Assembly (NCBI GenBank): GCA_039181635.1
Contig: JBCDCO010000001.1
Span: 1-57,887 of the forward strand
From: Cyanobacteria bacterium P01_G01_bin.19
Lineage (GTDB): Bacteria > Cyanobacteriota > Cyanobacteriia > Cyanobacteriales > Xenococcaceae
Direction of reading: 5' to 3'
Length of the DNA stretch: 57,887 nucleotides
The notes beneath the pieces are model-generated. The model was not told the DNA's origin. It ran no database searches and saw nothing but the letters and a program-made list of their open reading frames with translations. Below are positions 8,883 through 19,008 of the stretch, piece by piece; within the stretch, counting starts at the first letter, position 1, and each line of letters begins with the position of its first letter. The translations under genes and the position numbers were made by a program.

Positions 8883-11300
8883 TTAACTACGGCGGAACTG
8901 TCCTAACAATCCCTTTTTGCCTTCTTGAGCATTACTTTCTGGATTGCTGTTGCGATTACCCGACTGATTGTAATAAGAGTCGTAGTAAGAATATGCGTAG
9001 TAGTCAAATTCGGGATCGACCATGTTTGCCACAACTCCTGCAAGATCGCAATTGCTGTGACGCAATACATCTAAAGCATTGGAAATAGACTTACGGCTCG
9101 CTCTTTGAACAGCACAGATAAACAGCATCGAATCAACTTCATTAGCCAAACTCTTAGCGTCGGCAATTACCCCAATGGGAGGCGTATCCAATACTACATA
9201 ATCATATGCGGTTTTCCATTCTGCGATTAACTGCTTCATTTTTTCTGAGTTTAATAAAGCAATAGGATTGGGAGAAGTTGCCCCAGCCGTAACTACATCT
9301 AAACCTTCGACCGAGCTATGTTGCAAATATTCAGACCAAGAATTATCTGTAGTGACAGCTTCGCTTAACCCAGTTTCATTTTTTATCTGAGCCATTTTAT
9401 GTAGCTTTGGCTTACGCAGATCGGCATCTACCACCAAAACTCGCAGCCCCAGTTCCGCTAAAACAACACCCAAATTGTAGGAGATAGTGGATTTACCCTC
9501 TGCTGATGTAGAAGAAGTAACGGCTAAGACCTTAATCTGACCTTCATCAGCAACAGAATAACGCAGATTCATCGCTAGCGATCGCAATCCTTCAGTAAAA
9601 GAAGAATAATACGAGTATGATTGTCTGGTAGTGTGAATGTTGGCTTCGATTCTTGGCTCTGCCACTCTAGGAATTACCCCTAATAGAGGTAATTTGGTAA
9701 TCTGCTTGATTTCTTCTACCTGTTTCACGCTTTGGTCTAGCTGTTGTAAGAGGAATGCTGTGGCGATGCCCAAAAATCCTCCTGCAATCAGAGCCTGCAT
9801 TAAACCCTGTTGAATATTAGGAGCAACAGGTTTACTAGGTAAAAAGGGTTCGTTAAGAATACGCCAGGGTGCCGTTTCTTCTGCTTCAGATATTTCTAAT
9901 TCTTGTCTTCTTTCTAAAAGATAGTTGTAAGATTTGGACTTAAGCTCTACCTGACGTTGCAGCTCGGTAAAGGTTTGTTGTAACCCAGGAATATTAATAA
10001 ATTTCTTATCTGCTTCGGCTTTCTCTCGACGCAGACTCGCCAATTGGCTCTGTAATGTAGCAGCTTCATTTTGTAGCTGTAATTTTTGACTTGCCAAAAG
10101 TCCTAGTGTCGAACCAACTGAACCTTCTGAGGATATCCTTTGTTCTGACTGCGAATTAATTGGTTGACCGTTACTAGAGGGAGCATCACTAGCTTCCACT
10201 GAAGCAGCATCAGTTGAAGCTACATTAGAACTGTCTACTGAAGAATCAACATCAGTATAGCTAGGGGTTAAAACAATACGTTCCAATATTTCAGGCGAAA
10301 TAGATTTACCCAACACCTGTTCGGCTCTTTCTTGAAGCAGCTTTTTTAGCTCTTGGCGTTTATCCTGTAGATTTTCCATCACGTGGAAATTATCTTTGAA
10401 ATCTACTGTGCCTAAGTTATATTGAGTTTCAATATCTTTTAATTTGCTGGCTAAATTCTGATAAACTCCATCTTCGGCTAGCACAGAAGATGCCAACATC
10501 GTTTCTGAGTCTTGACCTAATTCTTGAAACTGCCGTTCTAATTCTTGTCTTTGTTTGCGATTTAGATCGATCGCAATTTGAGTTTGCTGTATTTTCAGAG
10601 CAATTTCCTGTCTTTCTTGTCCTGCTGTCATAGCAGAAACTTCTGGGTCGACTAGCTGATGCACCTGTCGGAAATGGCGAATTTCTTGAGCTGCTTTGTC
10701 TAATTTTTCTTGAGCTTCAGGTAGCTGACCATCGATAAATTTAATTGCGTTTGCTGCCTGAAGTTTTTGTTTGTCCAAACTATAGTCAATGTAGGTAGAG
10801 CCTAAAGCTTCCAGCACTGCCTTGGCTTTCTCTGGATCGGTATCGATATAAGAGACAACTAAGACGTCTGTCGGAATTTTATTATTAGCAGCTTGAACGA
10901 TAGAAATTTTGCTAACCACTTCCCCTACAGAAAGTTCGGGATAGCGGTTTTTAAGTTTTGTAACCGCTTTATCTACCATTGAGTTACTACGCAGAACGAA
11001 AATCTCTGTAGATAAATCAGTCATCGAGTAGAATGGACTGGTGCTTGACTGGCTGGGAGCAACATTAGCAGACTGCTTATTTTGAGGATTTTCTAAGAGA
11101 ATTAAAGTTTCCGAACGATACTCAGGAGTCTTTAAAGCAGTTAGTAGAAATAATCCAGTAAAAGCTGTAATTCCCACTGCGAGAGCAGGTTTCCATCTCC
11201 GATATACAATTTGCTTGAACTCTGCTAAAGAAAAGCCGCTTTCTGGTGTATTTAAAGCGCTTAGGTCAACGACATCCGATCTGATTATTTCATTACTCAT
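8883..11300 (-). CDS. wzc: Polysaccharide co-polymerase/tyrosine autokinase (Wzc/GumC)
   Basis: Two TM segments flanking coiled coils; TSSTSAEGKST, VDADLRKP, LDTPP; Tyr cluster FDYYAYSYYDSYY; likely ATG 11300. Confidence 0.9.
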   Translation of the reverse strand: MSNEIIRSDVVDLSALNTPESGFSLAEFKQIVYRRWKPALAVGITAFTGLFLLTALKTPEYRSETLILLENPQNKQSANVAPSQSSTSPFYSMTDLSTEIFVLRSNSMVDKAVTKLKNRYPELSVGEVVSKISIVQAANNKIPTDVLVVSYIDTDPEKAKAVLEALGSTYIDYSLDKQKLQAANAIKFIDGQLPEAQEKLDKAAQEIRHFRQVHQLVDPEVSAMTAGQERQEIALKIQQTQIAIDLNRKQRQELERQFQELGQDSETMLASSVLAEDGVYQNLASKLKDIETQYNLGTVDFKDNFHVMENLQDKRQELKKLLQERAEQVLGKSISPEILERIVLTPSYTDVDSSVDSSNVASTDAASVEASDAPSSNGQPINSQSEQRISSEGSVGSTLGLLASQKLQLQNEAATLQSQLASLRREKAEADKKFINIPGLQQTFTELQRQVELKSKSYNYLLERRQELEISEAEETAPWRILNEPFLPSKPVAPNIQQGLMQALIAGGFLGIATAFLLQQLDQSVKQVEEIKQITKLPLLGVIPRVAEPRIEANIHTTRQSYSYYSSFTEGLRSLAMNLRYSVADEGQIKVLAVTSSTSAEGKSTISYNLGVVLAELGLRVLVVDADLRKPKLHKMAQIKNETGLSEAVTTDNSWSEYLQHSSVEGLDVVTAGATSPNPIALLNSEKMKQLIAEWKTAYDYVVLDTPPIGVIADAKSLANEVDSMLFICAVQRASRKSISNALDVLRHSNCDLAGVVANMVDPEFDYYAYSYYDSYYNQSGNRNSNPESNAQEGKKGLLGQFRRS

Positions 11301-11481
11301 ATTTAAATTCGATCTATAAAAAATGTTTAATAAAAACAAGATTTACAGAACCTTAGTCAAAGTTAAGGGGTAAAAATACTGATAGAAAAATTCGGTTATT
11401 CTGAACACTTATCTTAAGTTTTTTTCTTGGGGTAAGCTTCAGTAGTTTTACCGTTTTATATTTGACTGAAATTTTCGGTAT

Positions 11482-12192
11482 TTATTCTTCATTATTAACT
11501 TGAATTCTCGCCCAGCCAGTGCTTTTCCAGATTAAAAAGAACAAAATAGCAGATATCAAACTTCCGAGATTCCACCTAAGACACTTTTTCAAAATCTCAG
11601 TTCTTGTTTGACTTTTAAAAGAATTTACTTGGTTATCGATACTTTCTTGGTTTTTTTCTAGTTGTTGCAAAATATCGGTTTTTAACTCCTGAGGATTTAC
11701 GGAATTAGGTATCTCAATCCTGCGTTTTGCCTGCTGCTGTAAAATATTTTGAATTTCTGTTTTGGAATCAGCTACATCTAGCTTTTCTTTATACTGTTGA
11801 ATTGTGTCTTTTTGACCGATAAATTTAGCGTTAACTCGGGCATTTTGTTGATGATAAATCCGAAATCCGTTATTGATACTGAGAGGAATCATCAGCAAGA
11901 GAAAGATGGCTGCCATTAAGGATGCCCAAGATGAAATTTTTAAGAGCAAAGTTTCGATGGGAGCGCGATCGCTTCTTTCTCCATAGTAAATAAGTACCAT
12001 GCCCAATAGAGTAACGGGAATTCTTTCCACGATCGTTCCCATAGTTTCAAATTCCCATACTGGGTTCATTAGTTGAGGAGGAATAATTAGGAAAGAAATG
12101 TCTACGATCGCCATTAGCAAAAGACCATAGCCGACTAAGCGCAAGATACCAGAGGAAAATATCAGTCTTTCTTTTTCTTGTAGGATTGTCAT
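11482..12192 (-). CDS. HpsJ-like membrane protein, cyanoexosortase A-associated
   Basis: LRLVGYGLL..PPQLMNPVWEF..VERIPVTLLG; four TMs with a Gln-rich loop; position after the crtA pair. Confidence 0.75.
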   Translation of the reverse strand: MTILQEKERLIFSSGILRLVGYGLLLMAIVDISFLIIPPQLMNPVWEFETMGTIVERIPVTLLGMVLIYYGERSDRAPIETLLLKISSWASLMAAIFLLLMIPLSINNGFRIYHQQNARVNAKFIGQKDTIQQYKEKLDVADSKTEIQNILQQQAKRRIEIPNSVNPQELKTDILQQLEKNQESIDNQVNSFKSQTRTEILKKCLRWNLGSLISAILFFLIWKSTGWARIQVNNEE

Positions 12193-12265
12193 GGGATTAT
12201 CAAAAGATTATGCTCAAATTGAAACTTATCCAGTATAGTCTCGAGATTGATTATTGGTTACTGTT

Positions 12266-12991
12266 TTAAAGCGAAGGGAAATTGGGCAACCACCAGTGGT
12301 AAAGCTCTTGCCAAGTTGCTTCTAAAGCTTTATGGGTGGTTTGGGAATCGGTAACAATCGGGGCTGATAAGTGCACCCACAGACAACGGCGATCGCGTAT
12401 GCTAGATTTCCCCCACAGCCATTGCCACAATACCTCAGGAGTAAAATCGTTTTGATATCGATACTGTGAAAACTGTTTTTTGTCTACGCTGCTCGGGCTG
12501 CGAGGACTAATGCAGCTACTTAGGTAAGCGCGATCGCTGTCTCTAAACACGATATGATGTCCGATTTCTTTAGTATGCAATACCCTTTTGGTCTTCAAAG
12601 CTTGGGGAGCGACTTTTGTATACTTGCTGATGTAAGATGCTACTTCTCCTCTAGTGTTACTCAAATAAACCATTTTCAAACTGACAGGCAATTTTTTTTG
12701 CAGATAGGTATATTGCTGCTTGGCTTCTACTACTTCTGGTCGTACTTCAACTGTTTCTGGTTGATTTTGACCATCATTAGTCAAGTTGCTGAAATTATTA
12801 TCTGAAGCGATGGTTGCTTTACCCAAATCTAGCGGTAAATATTGAGGAAATTCAAAACTAGCTATAGACCGATTACCAGCATTTGAAAGCACCATAGCAG
12901 ACACAGCTGCTAAATTAGTCGTGATCGCGACAGTAGCTAAACAATAATTACGCCATCGACTGGATTTGGGTTTGTCTTTCATATTTAACAT
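12266..12991 (-). CDS. Cyanoexosortase A system-associated protein
   Basis: N-terminal TM, F.FP..LPL, AYLSSCISPR, RDRRCLWVHLS, WW.PNFP; directly after the exosortase; start 12991 or 12982. Confidence 0.8.
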   Translation of the reverse strand: MLNMKDKPKSSRWRNYCLATVAITTNLAAVSAMVLSNAGNRSIASFEFPQYLPLDLGKATIASDNNFSNLTNDGQNQPETVEVRPEVVEAKQQYTYLQKKLPVSLKMVYLSNTRGEVASYISKYTKVAPQALKTKRVLHTKEIGHHIVFRDSDRAYLSSCISPRSPSSVDKKQFSQYRYQNDFTPEVLWQWLWGKSSIRDRRCLWVHLSAPIVTDSQTTHKALEATWQELYHWWLPNFPSL

Positions 12992-13004
12992 CGACGTCGA
13001 ATTC

Positions 13005-13901
13005 TCAATCACTAACAACTGGTTGTTGATTCTTCTCTAGAATCCAGTAGCAAAAACCTGAAAAGATCATGATGGCTGCGGTAGAAAATATCTGAGAGCC
13101 TTGATTTCCGTGCCAATAATCAAATTGAACTCTATTAGGGATTAATAGTGTCAGCAAACAAACTCTAATTACTCCCAGTAAAAAACCTAGTCCTAGAGAA
13201 AAAGCGGGAATCAAAACCTGCTGTTTTTTGCTCAAAGATATGCAGCTGATAAATATCAGTGCCAGTTTTAACATCAATAAAATCATGGGTATTCCCGCAC
13301 AAGAAAAGTTGACTATAGCTTTGAATGTTCCTAATTCAGGCAGACTCAAAATTACTTGATTCCCTTGGCTGGTTGTATTAAATCCAATGTAATAAAGAAA
13401 GTAGGTTGCAACTTTAGCGTTAAGAATAGTGATTTGAAATATATCATCGAGAAAAAAGCCGAGGGCACCAGTAGGGAAAAACAAAAGCAGAGTAAAAAAA
13501 AGTTCTCGTCCATATTGACTCAACCCCCTAAATCCAGAGGCGATTAACAATATTGGCAACATGGCACAAACTGGCACAAAGGATAAAAATATTGCTTCAA
13601 ATTCAAACAGAAAGAGCGTTCTTGACAGCACCACCGTTAAAAAGAGCAGTCCGATAAAACTCGAATAGGGAGCGTAATAATGCCTCAACCTGTCTTTCTT
13701 TTTCCATAGCAGCCATAAAATAGCCGACCAAAACGCCAGATCTGTCGTTATGTGGTCTATATTGCTGCTTGCTTTCCAGATCAGACTGAGATAAAAAAAC
13801 GCCACACCCGCCAAGGCGTAAAACAGCCAAAGGCGATCGCTTTTTAAAGCTCTAATACCATGTGCCAAGCTAACTTTAGGTTTTTCAAACTTATAAAGCA
13901 C
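13005..13901 (-). CDS. crtA: Cyanoexosortase A
   Basis: Polytopic membrane protein with the exosortase Cys (FSCAG), Arg (VIRVCLL) and His (FDYWHG). Confidence 0.85.
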   Translation of the reverse strand: MLYKFEKPKVSLAHGIRALKSDRLWLFYALAGVAFFYLSLIWKASSNIDHITTDLAFWSAILWLLWKKKDRLRHYYAPYSSFIGLLFLTVVLSRTLFLFEFEAIFLSFVPVCAMLPILLIASGFRGLSQYGRELFFTLLLFFPTGALGFFLDDIFQITILNAKVATYFLYYIGFNTTSQGNQVILSLPELGTFKAIVNFSCAGIPMILLMLKLALIFISCISLSKKQQVLIPAFSLGLGFLLGVIRVCLLTLLIPNRVQFDYWHGNQGSQIFSTAAIMIFSGFCYWILEKNQQPVVSD

Positions 13902-14114
13902 TTCTTATTACCTATTTTTTGATTTTTGTTCTATCTGAGTCGATTTATATTCTTTATTTTTTTTAAGCTCGATCTCCAGCTTCTTCTACGAGAAAATACT
14001 GCTTCTAATAACAATTTGACGATAATAGAATATGAAAAACTTAACTCATAAATATGGTATTAGCCACAAAAAGATTGCTCGATTTCGCGATCGATGAATT
14101 TAAAAATAAACAGC

Positions 14115-14159
14115 AAAAAATCGAGAGCAGCACTTTACCAATACTTCTACTCTCGATTT
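14115..14159 (-). terminator. Intrinsic terminator after the zincin gene
   Basis: AAATCGAGAG/CTCTCGATTT inverted repeat with a T-run on the minus strand. Confidence 0.55.
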
Positions 14160-14176
14160 ATTGACTGTGTTCAAAA

Positions 14177-15412
14177 CTATAAAGTGTCTATGACATAGTA
14201 CGTCACTCCTGCATCACCTTCTACATTAAAATGAGCAAAGTCGCTACTATTTTTAATCGTATTGAATTCATTAGCATCAGTAGTAAATAGATGCGAACCT
14301 GTTTGAGTATTGTACATCCTATAAAGCGGAATAGTATCTATATCTTGAGACTCGGATTCAAAGGCATAGTAGTTAATGCCATCAAAACTATAGTTATCCA
14401 AGCGATCGATGATAAAGTCTTTTTCAAATTCATCCATCGTATATAGATGAGAACCAGTATCCTGGTTAAAAAAGCGATAGACAGGTTTAGCATGTTCGAT
14501 ACTCTCGCCAGTTAGGCTATCTTTATCATCAGCAAGAACTCTAAAAGCTACGTTTTCTAGCTCGTAGTTTAACTGACCATCAATACTTAGCTCAACAACA
14601 GTCTCTTTTTCATTTTCATCGGCAGTATAAAAATGAAATCCATTTTGAAATTCGTAGAAGCGATATACTGGCGCAGCGTCATAAGCGATTAGATCGTAGC
14701 CAAGGTCGGCTAAAATCGCTAAGTCCAAGTTTGTAGGTAGATTTCTTTCACCAAATGTAAACAACTTATCTAGCAGAGCATCTGAGTCACTATTTATGTT
14801 GAAACCATCTTCAATATGAATTAAATCATCATCTAAAGGGACTAAATTGCCACTGTTTAAGTTTACACTTTGGGTTCCAGCAAATTCTCCACTTGCTTCA
14901 TCAATTTGGGCTTTAAATGTAGGAGCAGTTCCAATACCCAAAATATGACCAATTTCGTGAAGACTCAGACTAAGAAAATCTTGTTGATTAAACGGAATAT
15001 CATCGTCAGTTTCGGGAGTCTCGTCATAAAAGAAGCGATCTATAGATGCAGCATTATATTCAATCGTACCCAGCCAAGGCTCGAAATCATCCCCTTCAAT
15101 TCTCTCTTCTTCTTCACTACCTAATAGATAAGTAGCAAAGTAGGTTGCCTGGCCTAAGGTTAAGCTATTTGAATCGTCAATCTCTGAGGCAGACACAAAA
15201 ATAATTACATCATCAATTGGCTCATCTAAAATTACTGTTTGTTCTTCGCCATTGATAGTAAAAATAAGCCTTTCTCCTGCTGGTATCGACTTGAATTCAT
15301 CTTGAATATACGCACTCCATATATCGCCTGCTTGCTCTAGTATTACTTTTCTTTCATCGTTAAAAAAACCAGATTCATCAAAACGATAGTCAAATTCAAT
15401 GTCAAAAGGCAT
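14177..15412 (-). CDS. Zinc metalloprotease (HExxH) with C-terminal triple-repeat domain (DUF5648-like)
   Basis: HEIGHILGIG; three YR(F/M)...G.H..T.D..E repeats; likely start MPFDIEFDYRFD at 15412. Confidence 0.75.
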   Translation of the reverse strand: MPFDIEFDYRFDESGFFNDERKVILEQAGDIWSAYIQDEFKSIPAGERLIFTINGEEQTVILDEPIDDVIIFVSASEIDDSNSLTLGQATYFATYLLGSEEEERIEGDDFEPWLGTIEYNAASIDRFFYDETPETDDDIPFNQQDFLSLSLHEIGHILGIGTAPTFKAQIDEASGEFAGTQSVNLNSGNLVPLDDDLIHIEDGFNINSDSDALLDKLFTFGERNLPTNLDLAILADLGYDLIAYDAAPVYRFYEFQNGFHFYTADENEKETVVELSIDGQLNYELENVAFRVLADDKDSLTGESIEHAKPVYRFFNQDTGSHLYTMDEFEKDFIIDRLDNYSFDGINYYAFESESQDIDTIPLYRMYNTQTGSHLFTTDANEFNTIKNSSDFAHFNVEGDAGVTYYVIDTL

Positions 15413-16022
15413 AGGAATGAATAGATAATTTATAACAATAAATATTTTTATGTATAAACCGCATAAAGCAATATTAATAGCTTGAAAATTAGTGATCGCA
15501 ATAAATATCACAACAAGCTTTATATATTTAGAACCAGTCGATACAATACTTCTTAAATCAAATATACACCTGGGTTTTGGATATGTCTTCAGTGCAAATA
15601 ATTAAATCTATTTTTAAAATCAGTGATTACTATTAAATGCAATCAGTAATTATATTGAATGAAGTAAATAATTATTGGTTTTGCTTTTAGAGCAGTATGT
15701 TTTAGCGTAATGTGGGCAGCTAAAAAATGAATCCAGAGAATTGTATACTATAAAATTCAATAAAAACACCTAAGTAAAAACAACTATCTTTCAAATAATC
15801 TAGTGCCAATTTTCTTTTACTTGAGGTTTTCGAAAAAGTGGACTATAACAGCATAAAGATGATATTAATCTGCAATTTAGATCGGCAAGATTATTGAAAT
15901 CGCTAACAGCAAACCATGAATATAATAAGCAAGGTATTTTTTTTTAAATATGTACTGTAGTGAATATTTATGGTTAGCCCTGCTTTTAACTTTAAGCAAA
16001 TTATAGTCATAGATATAATTTC

Positions 16023-16952
16023 ATGCGTAAACTAACTTTTGCTTGCTCTACTCTCTTATTTTTACCTTTATTGAGCTTGGATGCATTGGCAAATCAAGTA
16101 TCTCAAACAGAACCAGAAACATCTATACATTCTGAAGTAGAAATTAACCATCCAGCTTCAGATATAAACACTTCAGCTCCAATCACTGCTGATAATAGTG
16201 GATGGAGCGAATCCAATCAAAGTGAAATAGAAGACGTTAAATTACAATTACAAAACATTCGCCAGCGTAACTTTACTCCTAGTCGTGGAGTACCTTCTCT
16301 AACTATTGCTAATCCCTATGGCTTTGGTGCAGATAGTGGTTTCTATAGCGGCTTAAGTTATCAATTTAGTAATCGAAATGATGGCTCAGATAGCTCTGAT
16401 GCTACTGCTGGCTTTGGTATGGGGTTTGGAGACGCTCAAAAATATGTTGGAGCAGAACTAAGCTACACGATGGCAAGTTTTGGTCAAACCAATCGCGATT
16501 TTGGTTCTGGCGGACTTAACTTGAAACTACACCGTAAAATTGCCAATGGCTGGGGAGTTTCAGCGGGCTGGAATAGCTTTTTAACTATTGGTGATGGAAC
16601 TGATTTTGATGACTCCCTCTATGTATCCACGACCAAAATTTTTGCCCTCAAAGAAAAAGTTTCAGCTCCCTTTAGCCGAGTAGCTGTAACTGCTGGAGTA
16701 GGTAATGGACAGTTCCGCAGCGAAGACGATATTGCTGATGGGAATGAAACCTTCAATGTTTTTGGTAGTTTGGCTTTTCGCGTAGCTCGCCCAGTTAGTT
16801 TTGTTACCGAATGGACGGGACAAGATTTGGCGATGGGACTTTCAGTATCTCCAATCAGAACCGTTCCTTTAACGATAAATCTTGGCGCTAGAGATATTGC
16901 AGGTGCTGGAGATGGAGCGCGTTTTATCTTCGGTATTGGTACGGGATTCTAA
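16023..16952 (+). CDS. Putative outer-membrane beta-barrel protein
   Basis: Signal peptide (..LDALA-N), alternating amphipathic strands, C-terminal FIFGIGTGF. Confidence 0.6.
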   Translation: MRKLTFACSTLLFLPLLSLDALANQVSQTEPETSIHSEVEINHPASDINTSAPITADNSGWSESNQSEIEDVKLQLQNIRQRNFTPSRGVPSLTIANPYGFGADSGFYSGLSYQFSNRNDGSDSSDATAGFGMGFGDAQKYVGAELSYTMASFGQTNRDFGSGGLNLKLHRKIANGWGVSAGWNSFLTIGDGTDFDDSLYVSTTKIFALKEKVSAPFSRVAVTAGVGNGQFRSEDDIADGNETFNVFGSLAFRVARPVSFVTEWTGQDLAMGLSVSPIRTVPLTINLGARDIAGAGDGARFIFGIGTGF

Positions 16953-16982
16953 TTGCAAATCAACTTATCAAGAGGCTTAATT

Positions 16983-17777
16983 ATGCACAATCAACAAATA
17001 TTATGGTCGAGTCTTTTGACTGTAATGGGAATGTTAGCAGCGGCTCCTGCTATGGCTAACACAATTCACGATCCTGGCGGTACAAATCCAGCACAACCTA
17101 GCAGTCTTTCCATAGATAATCTCAACGGCAATGGTATCTCTACTAACCTCATATACGATCCAGATACAGGAATAATATCTGGCGAAGCGATTCAAAATCC
17201 TGTCGAAATTATTGATATTAACTCGTCTGCAGGTGGCTTTGGCTCGGGTGCTGAGGGGAGAATTGGCTCTAGTTCTGCAGGTGGCTTTGGCTCGGGTGCT
17301 GAGGGGAGAATTGGCTCTAACAATGAGACTGGTTTAGGGAACGTTAACGGTTCCGAATCCAATGCAACTGGTGAAGGTAATATTGCAACTGGTGAAAATA
17401 GCAACTCTGGGGAAAGCAATAGCTCTCTAGGCAAAGGAGAATGTACTAGTTCTGACTGTCTTTCCACCGAAGGTGAGTCACAAAAGCTTACTCTCAATGA
17501 TGCCGCTGAAATATTAGAGGATAACTTGGATGCTTCTTTAAAACAGCTTGCAGAAGCAGAAACTACCAGAAATGAAGCAGTTGCATCTGGCATGGAAAGA
17601 AAACCAGTCAGAATTTATAGAAGAAGCGCGCAAGCATGCCCTAGTCCCGATTTTTCTACGATTGAAGCGCGTAAAGCAGAATTACATCAGATAGAAGTAG
17701 TACAAAAACAGCTGGCAGAATCACAAAAATTTATCGAACAGGTAAACATTATCGATCCTGAAGCAAATATTTGGTAG
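16983..17777 (+). CDS. Secreted Gly/Ser/Asn-rich hypothetical protein with C-terminal coiled coil
   Basis: Signal peptide (AAAPAMA-N) from ATG 16983; low-complexity middle. Confidence 0.7.
   Translation: MHNQQILWSSLLTVMGMLAAAPAMANTIHDPGGTNPAQPSSLSIDNLNGNGISTNLIYDPDTGIISGEAIQNPVEIIDINSSAGGFGSGAEGRIGSSSAGGFGSGAEGRIGSNNETGLGNVNGSESNATGEGNIATGENSNSGESNSSLGKGECTSSDCLSTEGESQKLTLNDAAEILEDNLDASLKQLAEAETTRNEAVASGMERKPVRIYRRSAQACPSPDFSTIEARKAELHQIEVVQKQLAESQKFIEQVNIIDPEANIW
17226..17319 (+). repeat. 48-nt in-frame tandem duplication (SAGGFGSGAEGRIGS x2)
   Basis: Identical 46-nt copies at 17226 and 17274. Confidence 0.95.
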
Positions 17778-17786
17778 TAGAGAGCA

Positions 17787-18620
17787 ATGCATACGAACAC
17801 ACCACAATCAACCACAAAATTATTACCTGGATTTAAAACCATGCTCAAATCTAGTCTAACTTGCTTGGGAGTACCGTTGACCGTCTTGGGATTGCTTAAT
17901 GCGACTAGTCTCTCTGCCAAGGCAGAAGATATTGTCGGCAATAAAGGTGTCAGATTCGAGCAAGATACAATTGTTGAGTTTGAATTTATTGAGTCCCATG
18001 GTGCATATCAGTCCACCTTTGGCGTAATCGATCTCGATACTTGCCAGCCAGGAGTAGGTGGTGGAATTGATTTCGATTCTTGTACTAAAACTCCGTTGCT
18101 ATCTGAGGTCAAAGCTTCAGATAGTTTTGATTTCAACGATGTATATCGTGAATCTAGCTACGAAACTGATTTGCAAGCAGGTAGAAATAATGATTTTCTG
18201 GGCACTCCTGGGGATACAGTTCCAGAGTATTTAGCAGAATATGAATTTGAAGCAGATAAAATATACGTTTTCTATCTGGAATCTCAGTTTGATGGTAAAC
18301 CCGCAGGGGTTGTATATACTACCAACTTGATTAACAATCAGGGCAATAGACAGGCTTTATTTCATGCAGAAAGCCTCGATCCTCAAACAGTAGCTCAAAG
18401 AAGAAACAACGCTGCCTTTGACGAGAATAAGTTTGATGCCCTAGTAAATGGAGGATTGCTAATTAATTTAGATGATACTGGTTCTACTCTAGTTAAAGCA
18501 GACGATGCCGATCGCGACTTTGATGATTTTATTGTCGGGATAGGAGGCTATCTTTGCAATCCTGTCGAATCTGGCGAATCCAATCTTCAAGACAAAAAAA
18601 TCAGTCGCCAGCAACAATAA
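17787..18620 (+). CDS. Secreted acidic protein, DUF4114-like
   Basis: Signal peptide (SAKA-E); ESHGAYQSTFGV; DD...DRDFDDFIV Asp-rich end. Confidence 0.6.
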   Translation: MHTNTPQSTTKLLPGFKTMLKSSLTCLGVPLTVLGLLNATSLSAKAEDIVGNKGVRFEQDTIVEFEFIESHGAYQSTFGVIDLDTCQPGVGGGIDFDSCTKTPLLSEVKASDSFDFNDVYRESSYETDLQAGRNNDFLGTPGDTVPEYLAEYEFEADKIYVFYLESQFDGKPAGVVYTTNLINNQGNRQALFHAESLDPQTVAQRRNNAAFDENKFDALVNGGLLINLDDTGSTLVKADDADRDFDDFIVGIGGYLCNPVESGESNLQDKKISRQQQ

Positions 18621-18629
18621 GCTACGTGA

Positions 18630-18664
18630 GTTCGGAATTCGAAGTTCGGGGTTACGAGTTACGT
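18630..18664. repeat. Degenerate heptamer tandem repeat
   Basis: gttcgga attcgaa gttcggg gttacga gttacgt. Confidence 0.6.
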
Positions 18665-18789
18665 TATTCATGACTAAAGAATAAAGAATTCAGACCTTTG
18701 AAAATTAAAGAGTCATACAATTTTTAAGTTTTTATCGCTTCGTCGAACTCACGTTAAGCTAAATCGCTAGTGTAAATCGATAAATTCTC

Positions 18790-18818
18790 AAAGCTGCTTG
18801 ATAAAAGTGGCTTTTTTT
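18790..18818 (+). terminator. Probable intrinsic terminator
   Basis: aaagctgctt-gata-aaagtggcttt hairpin (G-U pairs) followed by a T-run. Confidence 0.55.
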
Positions 18819-19008
18819 CCGTCTATTAGTAACTTGCGATCGCAACATATCGGAGATCGCGACTGTCTTAGTTCGGTTTTACTTCTTGGAGAGACGGCAG
18901 GAAAACGGATACTATCAATATAACTTGAGGAGTACTACCCTAGATGGAGTGGATTTATTTGGGTATTACTACACCACATGTGAGAAGTAAAAGGAGGTCG
19001 ATTCCGAG

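Noticed and set aside
11428-11437. GGGTAAG resembling a SigF promoter element
   Set aside because: On the + strand, facing away from the minus-strand wzc; too short to support
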